Made by a program: the position numbers and the translations under genes | NCBI GenBank assembly: GCA_963750945.1 | Contig: CAVVSH010000015.1 | Span: 462,701 to 526,700 of the forward strand | Length of the DNA stretch: 64,000 bases | Direction: 5' to 3' | Source of the DNA: an uncultured Actinomycetota bacterium | GTDB lineage: Bacteria; Actinomycetota; UBA4738; HRBIN12 | The notes under the pieces: generated by a model | Seen by the model: only the letters and a program-made list of their open reading frames with translations | Databases searched by the model: none | Told to the model about the DNA's origin: nothing | Shown here: piece by piece, positions 58,834-64,000 of the stretch | Layout: each line of letters starts with the position of its first letter | How positions within the stretch are numbered: the stretch's first letter is position 1

Positions 58834-59109
58834 TCAGTAGCGCTTCCGACTTGCCGCAAGGGCCGCACTCGCCGCGTCGAGCATGACCCCCAGGCCCACC
58901 GACGTCACGACGACCACCAGCCCCGCGTCCGCGCTCTTCGCGATCGTGAATGCCATGGTCGCGAACGGAAGGAAGATGAGGCCCAGGAGCGGGAAGATCC
59001 ACGTCGTGAAGACCGTTTCGAACGCGCCGGTCCCGAGCCAGATCACGAGGACGATGATCCTGCCGAGCACCGCGAAGCTCGATCCGAGCACTCCGTCTCC
59101 CTCCCTCAT
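58834..59109 (-). CDS. small membrane protein (91 aa), unknown
   Basis: Three predicted TM segments. Internal ATG chosen; the upstream extension is Arg/Ala-rich. Confidence 0.4.
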   Translation of the reverse strand: MREGDGVLGSSFAVLGRIIVLVIWLGTGAFETVFTTWIFPLLGLIFLPFATMAFTIAKSADAGLVVVVTSVGLGVMLDAASAALAASRKRY

Positions 59110-59180
59110 CGATGCGCTTTGGTGTTCCGAACCGCCGGCGAACGCGGCGGTCCCGCCGGCGTGACACCCGAGAGCGCCGT

Positions 59181-59963
59181 TCAGCCGGACACAGACACGT
59201 TCGGCGTCAGCTCCACTATGTCGCACTTCCCGCGCCACCGAGCGAGCGACTCGTCGGGCGGCCCGACCCGGCTTCGGCGCCGGTCCACGAGCATCTTCGC
59301 GGCCGTCTCCCACTCCGGTCCCTCCAGCAGACGCTGCGCAGCCGTGAACTCCTGCAGTGAGGTATCGCGGAGTTTCCGCCGGGTCACCACCACGAGCTCC
59401 TGCGCGTCCGGGACGCCCGGCACGGTTTGCTCATGCGCCTCCGGATCGTGGCAGGAAAGGAGGTAGATCTTCCCGTCCTTGAACGCGAACCACACCGGCG
59501 CCATCCGCTTGTCGCCGTTCACACGCGTCCCGACCCAGATGACGTCGGACTTCCGCAGGCCTTCCTCGGTCTCCTTCGGGAGCTTCAGCGCGGCCGCTTG
59601 CACGTACACGGGGAACTCGATCTCCCCGATGATCTCGCCTTCGAGGATGAACGACGCGACGTACGTGCCCGTTTCTTCGAGCACCGCGTCGTCGATGCGG
59701 TCGAGCTCGACCGTGAGGTCCATCGCGCCCTTCATCCGCCGCACCTGCGGGCCCCAGCGGTAGAGCGTGCGACCGGACGGGCCCACCAACCTGATCTCCT
59801 CGGAGACGAAACCGGTCGGCACCTTCCACGCTCTGAAGATCACGAACGCCAGCGCGGGACCGGGCTGACCGACGAGGTAGATGCCGTCAGGCGCCGTCTC
59901 CTGATACGCGTCCCAGACCCGCTCGTCGACGACGGCCGCCGAGATCAGCTCACCGATGGTCAT
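59181..59963 (-). CDS. hypothetical protein with PPOX-like C-terminal half
   Basis: 260 aa. DVIWVGTRVNGDKRMAPVWFAFKDGKIYLLS resembles FMN-binding split-barrel proteins. Confidence 0.4.
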   Translation of the reverse strand: MTIGELISAAVVDERVWDAYQETAPDGIYLVGQPGPALAFVIFRAWKVPTGFVSEEIRLVGPSGRTLYRWGPQVRRMKGAMDLTVELDRIDDAVLEETGTYVASFILEGEIIGEIEFPVYVQAAALKLPKETEEGLRKSDVIWVGTRVNGDKRMAPVWFAFKDGKIYLLSCHDPEAHEQTVPGVPDAQELVVVTRRKLRDTSLQEFTAAQRLLEGPEWETAAKMLVDRRRSRVGPPDESLARWRGKCDIVELTPNVSVSG

Positions 59964-60007
59964 CGTCGGGCGATGATAGCCGACGGCTCGAGGACTCCCG
60001 CGCGCCC

Positions 60008-61177
60008 TTAGACGGTGCGCGCGAGCCAGAGGCGAGGCTCATCCAGCTCCGGGAGCGACGGCATCGCGTCCGCCGATTCCCACATCCGAGCGAGCGTGAG
60101 CTCGTCGGTCTGCTCCACGACGACCTCGCAGAACGCCCGCCCGCGTCGGTACTGCTCGCGCTTCATGTCGACGCCGAGCAAGCGTTCGAACACGGGGTCG
60201 CCGTGCTCGCCTTCGCGGTACCGCTTCATCGCCTCTTCGATCCGGGGGTAGGTACCGAGCAGCTCCGCACCCAGCGCCTGCATCACGTGATCGCCGTAGC
60301 CCTCCGCGGCCGCCATGAACGCCTGGATCCTCCCGAGCTTCAAGCGCTGCTCGTCGTCGAGGTCCGCCCAGAAGAGGCCCTGTTCGGACTCGGCGAGCTG
60401 CTGGAGTGCCTGGGGATCCGTGGGATCGAGTGTGGCGAATCGGCTCTGCATGGCTTCGACGTCGAGCTTGAGCGTCGAGAGGTAGTCGTCGAGGAGATCC
60501 TGGAAGCGATCGCGAGCCCATCCCTGGGCGAACTCGAAACGATGGGTCACCTCGTGGAGGGCGACGAGCGTTCGGAACTCCCTGGGATCGAGCGACCAGT
60601 CGCGCTCGAGCGCCACGAGGTTGGGGACGACGAACAGGAGCTGGCCGGGTCCGGACCTCGGCAGCGCGATGTCGTATTGGCCCAGCACCCGCTGGGCCAG
60701 CATCCCGAGGACCTGACCCACCTGCGTGCCGAGCAGGAGCGGGGAGAGCTGACGCAAGAACCCCGAGAGCTGCGCCATCTCCGGAGGGAGCTGATCCCCG
60801 GCGCTGCGCTCGATCGCATCCGTCAGGCGCCTCGCCGCCGGTTCGAGGAGGTTCTTCAAGCTCTCCGCGTTGGCGTTCACCCAGCCGGCGCGGCGGACGG
60901 CGTGCACCTGCGCGACGTCTCTCGGCGCCGCCATCCCGGTGAATCTCCCCACGTGGAGCTCCGCGACGCGGACGGCCTCCTCCAGCATCCGGAGGTCGCC
61001 CTCGGAGGGCTCCAGGTCCGGTCCGGCCTCGACCGCGTTCGCGACGCCGACCTGACGGGCGAGCTCCCAGTTCACCGGACCACTCGAGGCGGACATCACG
61101 CGTTGCAGCTCGCGGAACAAGGGAGCGTCCTTGAACGCCTCGGGATCACCTGGGTCGAAGCCGAACCCTCCACTCAC
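60008..61177 (-). CDS. zinc-dependent metalloprotease (HEXXH; DUF2342-like)
   Basis: LVALHEVTHRFEF contains an HExxH motif. Mostly helical, 389 aa. Confidence 0.55.
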   Translation of the reverse strand: MSGGFGFDPGDPEAFKDAPLFRELQRVMSASSGPVNWELARQVGVANAVEAGPDLEPSEGDLRMLEEAVRVAELHVGRFTGMAAPRDVAQVHAVRRAGWVNANAESLKNLLEPAARRLTDAIERSAGDQLPPEMAQLSGFLRQLSPLLLGTQVGQVLGMLAQRVLGQYDIALPRSGPGQLLFVVPNLVALERDWSLDPREFRTLVALHEVTHRFEFAQGWARDRFQDLLDDYLSTLKLDVEAMQSRFATLDPTDPQALQQLAESEQGLFWADLDDEQRLKLGRIQAFMAAAEGYGDHVMQALGAELLGTYPRIEEAMKRYREGEHGDPVFERLLGVDMKREQYRRGRAFCEVVVEQTDELTLARMWESADAMPSLPELDEPRLWLARTV

Positions 61178-61208
61178 CCGTCCATCGTACGCGGGCCCTC
61201 CCGATACG

Positions 61209-61643
61209 ATGTCCGCCGTGTCTCAGGCTGTCCTGGTTCGCATCTCGGCCGAGCCGCTCTCCGTCGACGAGGCGCTGGGCTTCGTCGGTGACCCCGCGGC
61301 GGGGGGGACGTGCGTGTTCGTCGGCACGGTCCGCGACCACTCGAATGCGGGAGACGTGACTGGCCTGCACTACGAGGCATGGGACGACCTCGCGACCCAG
61401 CGCCTCGGAGAGATCGCTGCCGAGATGCTCGGTGGGTGGCCGCTCCGGAAGGTCGCGATTCTGCATCGGACCGGGGACCTGGGGATCGGCGAGGCCTCGG
61501 TCGTCGTCGCGTGCTCGGCGCCGCACCGAGCCGAGGCGTTCGAGGCCTGCCGGCACGGGATCGAGCGACTCAAGGAAGACGTCCCGATCTGGAAGAAGGA
61601 GGGCCTCGCCTCCGGCGAGGCGCAGTGGGTCATGGGGAGCTAG
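61209..61643 (+). CDS. moaE: molybdopterin synthase catalytic subunit
   Basis: ILHRTGDLGIGEASVVVACSAPHRAEAFEACR..PIWKKE aligns with E. coli MoaE. Confidence 0.85.
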   Translation: MSAVSQAVLVRISAEPLSVDEALGFVGDPAAGGTCVFVGTVRDHSNAGDVTGLHYEAWDDLATQRLGEIAAEMLGGWPLRKVAILHRTGDLGIGEASVVVACSAPHRAEAFEACRHGIERLKEDVPIWKKEGLASGEAQWVMGS

Positions 61644-62648
61644 TTGGGCCGCGACCTCGCGATCGACCTCGGCAGCGCCAACACCCTCGTGTACCGACAG
61701 GGGGACGGCATCGTCTTCGACGAACCCACCGTCGTCGCGCTCCACGGCAACGGCGAGGTGGTCGCGATGGGGGAAGAGGCATGGCAGATGCTCGGAGGCG
61801 AGTCCGGCAACGTGCTCGCCGTCCGCCCCCTCCGCGAAGGGACGATGACCGAGTTCGATGTGACGCAACGGATGCTGGCGATCGTGTTCCGCCGCGTCGG
61901 CGTCACGCGATTCCCGAAGCCGAGGGTGCTCGTCTGCGTTCCCCCCTCCGCCTCCGCCGTCGAGCGCAGGGCCGTCGAGCGAGCCATCCGCTTCGCCGGC
62001 GGACGGCAGGTGGTCCCCGTCGAGGAGCCGCTCGCCGCCGCGGTCGGTGCGAACCTGCCCGTGCACGAACCGCTCGGCAACCTCATCGTCGATATCGGGG
62101 GCGGTCGTTCGGAGATGGCGGTCGTCTCGATGGGCGGCGTCGTGTCCGGCCGCTCCGCGAACCTGGGCGGTTTCCATCTCGACGCGGCCGTGCAAGAGCA
62201 CATCCGGGTGACGTACGGGGTGTCGATCGGCGAGAAGTCGGCCGAAGAGCTGAAGGTCGCGATCGGTTCCGCCTTCCCCTCGCCGACCGGGCGGGCGGCC
62301 ATGGTGATCGGCCGGGAGCTCTCGACCGGGAACACCGTCGAGGTCAAGGTGGACGAGGACGAGATCAGGCAGGCGATGGCTCCCACCGTCAAGGCGATCG
62401 TCGGTGAGGTCCGGATGACCCTCGCAGAAGCGCCGCCGGAGCTGACCCACGACGTGCTGGAGACCGGGATGTTCCTCACGGGAGGGGGAAGCCTCCTCAA
62501 GGGCCTGGACATGCTGCTGGCTCAGGAGTGCGAGGTTCCGGTCCACGTGGTCGAGCGGCCGCTCGAGACCGTGGTCAGCGGCGCGGGACGGATGCTCGAG
62601 CACCTCGACGATTATCGGAATTCGTTCCAGCTCCTCAGGCGGGGATAG
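61644..62648 (+). CDS. mreB: actin-like rod-shape protein MreB
   Basis: DLAIDLGSANTLVY, VLVCVPPSASAVERRAV and VVDIGGGRSEMAVVS phosphate/adenosine motifs. TTG start is forced by an in-frame TAG immediately upstream. Confidence 0.85.
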   Translation: MGRDLAIDLGSANTLVYRQGDGIVFDEPTVVALHGNGEVVAMGEEAWQMLGGESGNVLAVRPLREGTMTEFDVTQRMLAIVFRRVGVTRFPKPRVLVCVPPSASAVERRAVERAIRFAGGRQVVPVEEPLAAAVGANLPVHEPLGNLIVDIGGGRSEMAVVSMGGVVSGRSANLGGFHLDAAVQEHIRVTYGVSIGEKSAEELKVAIGSAFPSPTGRAAMVIGRELSTGNTVEVKVDEDEIRQAMAPTVKAIVGEVRMTLAEAPPELTHDVLETGMFLTGGGSLLKGLDMLLAQECEVPVHVVERPLETVVSGAGRMLEHLDDYRNSFQLLRRG

Positions 62649-62650
62649 AC

Positions 62651-63517
62651 GTGACGTTCTCGATCGCGGCGGCAGACCCGGAAGCGGGGGACTGGGGCGT
62701 GGCGGTCGCCTCGAAGTTCCCCTGCGTCGGTGCCGTGGTGCCCTGGGCGAGGGCCGGCGTGGGCGCGGTGGCGACACAGTCGTGGGCGAACACGGCGTTC
62801 GGTCCCGACGGCCTCCGGTTGATGGCCGAAGGGGTCGCGGCGGATGAGGCCCTGCGCCGAGTGCTCAACGAGGACGAGGGGAGCGAGGACCGGCAGGTCG
62901 GATTCGTGGACGCCGCCGGTCGCGCCGCCACGTTCACGGGCTCGAAGTGCATGGCGTGGGCCGGCGGGGCGACCGGAGGCAGCTTCGCGGTGCAGGGGAA
63001 CATCCTGGCCGGCGAGGACGTGGTCGCGGAGATGGGGCGAGCGTTCTCGGCCACCGAGGGCGACCTGTGCGACCGGCTCCTTGCGGCGCTGCTCGCGGGT
63101 GACGCCGCCGGTGGGGACCGCCGCGGGCGGCAGTCCGCCGCTCTGCTCGTGGTCCGCGAAGGTGGGGGCTACGATGGGCGGAACGATCGATACATCGACC
63201 TTCGAGTGGACGACCATGCGGACGCGCCCCGCGAGCTCGCCCGGATCTTCGAGGTCTGGGACACCTCCATGCTGATCCGGAACGACCCCTTGTTGCCTGC
63301 CGCACCGGACCTGGTCACCGATCTGCAGCGGCGCTTGTCGGCACTGGGGCGATATGCAGGCGAGCCGACCGGCACGTACGACGAGCCGACCCGGAAGGCC
63401 CTGGCGGAGTGGGCCGGGGAGTACAACCTGGAGGGCCGTCTGCGCGATGACGACCAGATCTCGAACCAGCTGGTCGTCGAGATCCGCGACGTCACGCCGG
63501 AGATCCCCCCGCCCTAG
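62651..63517 (+). CDS. DUF1028-family (Ntn-hydrolase-like) protein with C-terminal peptidoglycan-binding-like domain
   Basis: VTFSIAAADPEAGDWGVAVASKF..VVPWARAGVGAVATQ N-terminus. C-terminal LQRRLSALGRYAGEPTGTYDEPTRKALAEWAG resembles the PG_binding_1 domain. Confidence 0.6.
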   Translation: MTFSIAAADPEAGDWGVAVASKFPCVGAVVPWARAGVGAVATQSWANTAFGPDGLRLMAEGVAADEALRRVLNEDEGSEDRQVGFVDAAGRAATFTGSKCMAWAGGATGGSFAVQGNILAGEDVVAEMGRAFSATEGDLCDRLLAALLAGDAAGGDRRGRQSAALLVVREGGGYDGRNDRYIDLRVDDHADAPRELARIFEVWDTSMLIRNDPLLPAAPDLVTDLQRRLSALGRYAGEPTGTYDEPTRKALAEWAGEYNLEGRLRDDDQISNQLVVEIRDVTPEIPPP

Positions 63518-63837
63518 GTCGGAGAGGTGGCCGCCTTCTCCAGGAGGCCGATGAGGGTCGAGCCCGCCAGGTAGAGAGCGAACGCGAGCATGGCGGCTCC
63601 GACCGCCACCGCCACGACGAGGCCCAGGCTTCCGATGATCCGGTCGTGCCAGGACAGGTGATCACGGGTGATCGAGAGTCGCTCGAAGTTGGTGGGGGGT
63701 GGGGGCGGCCCCTGCTTCGCAGGGGCCGCCCCCACCCACGCCTCCGGGCCCTCCTCGACGACGGGGAGGTTCGCCGTCAGGCGATACACCCCGATGCCCA
63801 CTCCCACCGAGATGGCGATGATCAGCACGTAGCCCAC
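63514..63837 (-). CDS. small two-TM membrane protein with Pro-rich loop (uncertain)
   Basis: Hydrophobic N- and C-terminal segments, but the middle is encoded by a perfect 15-bp inverted repeat (see repeat feature), so coding status is doubtful. Confidence 0.3.
   Translation of the reverse strand: MGYVLIIAISVGVGIGVYRLTANLPVVEEGPEAWVGAAPAKQGPPPPPTNFERLSITRDHLSWHDRIIGSLGLVVAVAVGAAMLAFALYLAGSTLIGLLEKAATSPT
63700..63734. repeat. perfect 15-bp inverted repeat (tgggggcggcccctg cttcg caggggccgccccca), extendable with G/C runs
   Basis: Read directly. No flanking U/T tract on either strand. Confidence 0.8.
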
Positions 63838-63922
63838 GGCTCGACCTCCCGTATCGAGCGTACCGCTGCATCCCTGCCGTGGCGACGACCGGGTCTCGAG
63901 TGGTCCGCGGCTACCATCGACC

Positions 63923-64000
63923 GATGCGGCGACGCCTGCGGTTCGGCGGCTACGTGCTCCTCGTCGTGGTCGCGTTCGTCGCCGGGTGGGTTCCTCTTCC
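63923..64000 (+). CDS. 5' end of a membrane/secreted protein gene continuing beyond the window
   Basis: MRRRLRFGGYVLLVVVAFVAGW, a signal/TM-like start. Only 26 codons visible. Confidence 0.3.

Noticed and set aside
61146-62777. 543-aa minus-strand ORF antisense to moaE and mreB
   Set aside because: Arg-rich artefact opposite two well-supported genes.

Overview
This is a high-GC (about 70%), gene-dense chromosomal segment that looks actinobacterial. The evidence for that is an LmbE-type deacetylase plus a tandem-GNAT gene with a mycothiol-like signature, Ku/LigD non-homologous end joining, ECF sigma/anti-sigma pairs, an LLM (F420-type) oxidoreductase, and a PII-GlnD pair without amtB. I call about 75 protein-coding genes, nearly all ordinary housekeeping functions. 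There are no rRNA or tRNA genes, no CRISPR array and no obvious mobile element. Recognisable genes include pepA, lgt, an M4 thermolysin-like secreted protease, apbC/mrp, pilT, two ECF sigma/anti-sigma modules flanking an nfeD-stomatin operon, gpsA-glpX, ndh, rmuC, cspA, ligD/ku, glnB-glnD, a BMP-type nucleoside ABC transporter next to upp, a class I-beta DAHP synthase, moaE and mreB.

Nothing here resembles a known defence or mobile system. The most interesting signals are regulatory.
- A 17-codon leader ORF rich in Trp/Phe/Tyr (MQRFCGDWFFYFGRSLA) followed by a terminator-like hairpin sits directly upstream of the DAHP synthase gene; this looks like classical attenuation.
- An ArsR/SufR-like regulator with C-terminal cysteines is divergent from the Fe-S carrier gene apbC, with a palindromic operator in the shared intergenic region, and is followed by an orphan pilT.
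- A tightly coupled five-gene operon of small uncharacterised proteins (48743-51073) includes a protein with a Lys/Pro-rich tail encoded by a perfect 4x12-bp tandem repeat.
- A 4x12-bp tandem repeat lies in the divergent promoter region upstream of the second ECF sigma factor.
- A perfect 15-bp inverted repeat lies inside a small predicted membrane-protein ORF.
- An AT-rich MarR operator contains the perfect palindrome ATATCGATAT.

Many long ORFs in the six-frame track are Arg/Pro/Ser-rich antisense or alternative-frame artefacts typical of high-GC DNA and were rejected. Start codons are assigned by eye and several are uncertain; functional calls rest on recognisable motifs, not on database searches.
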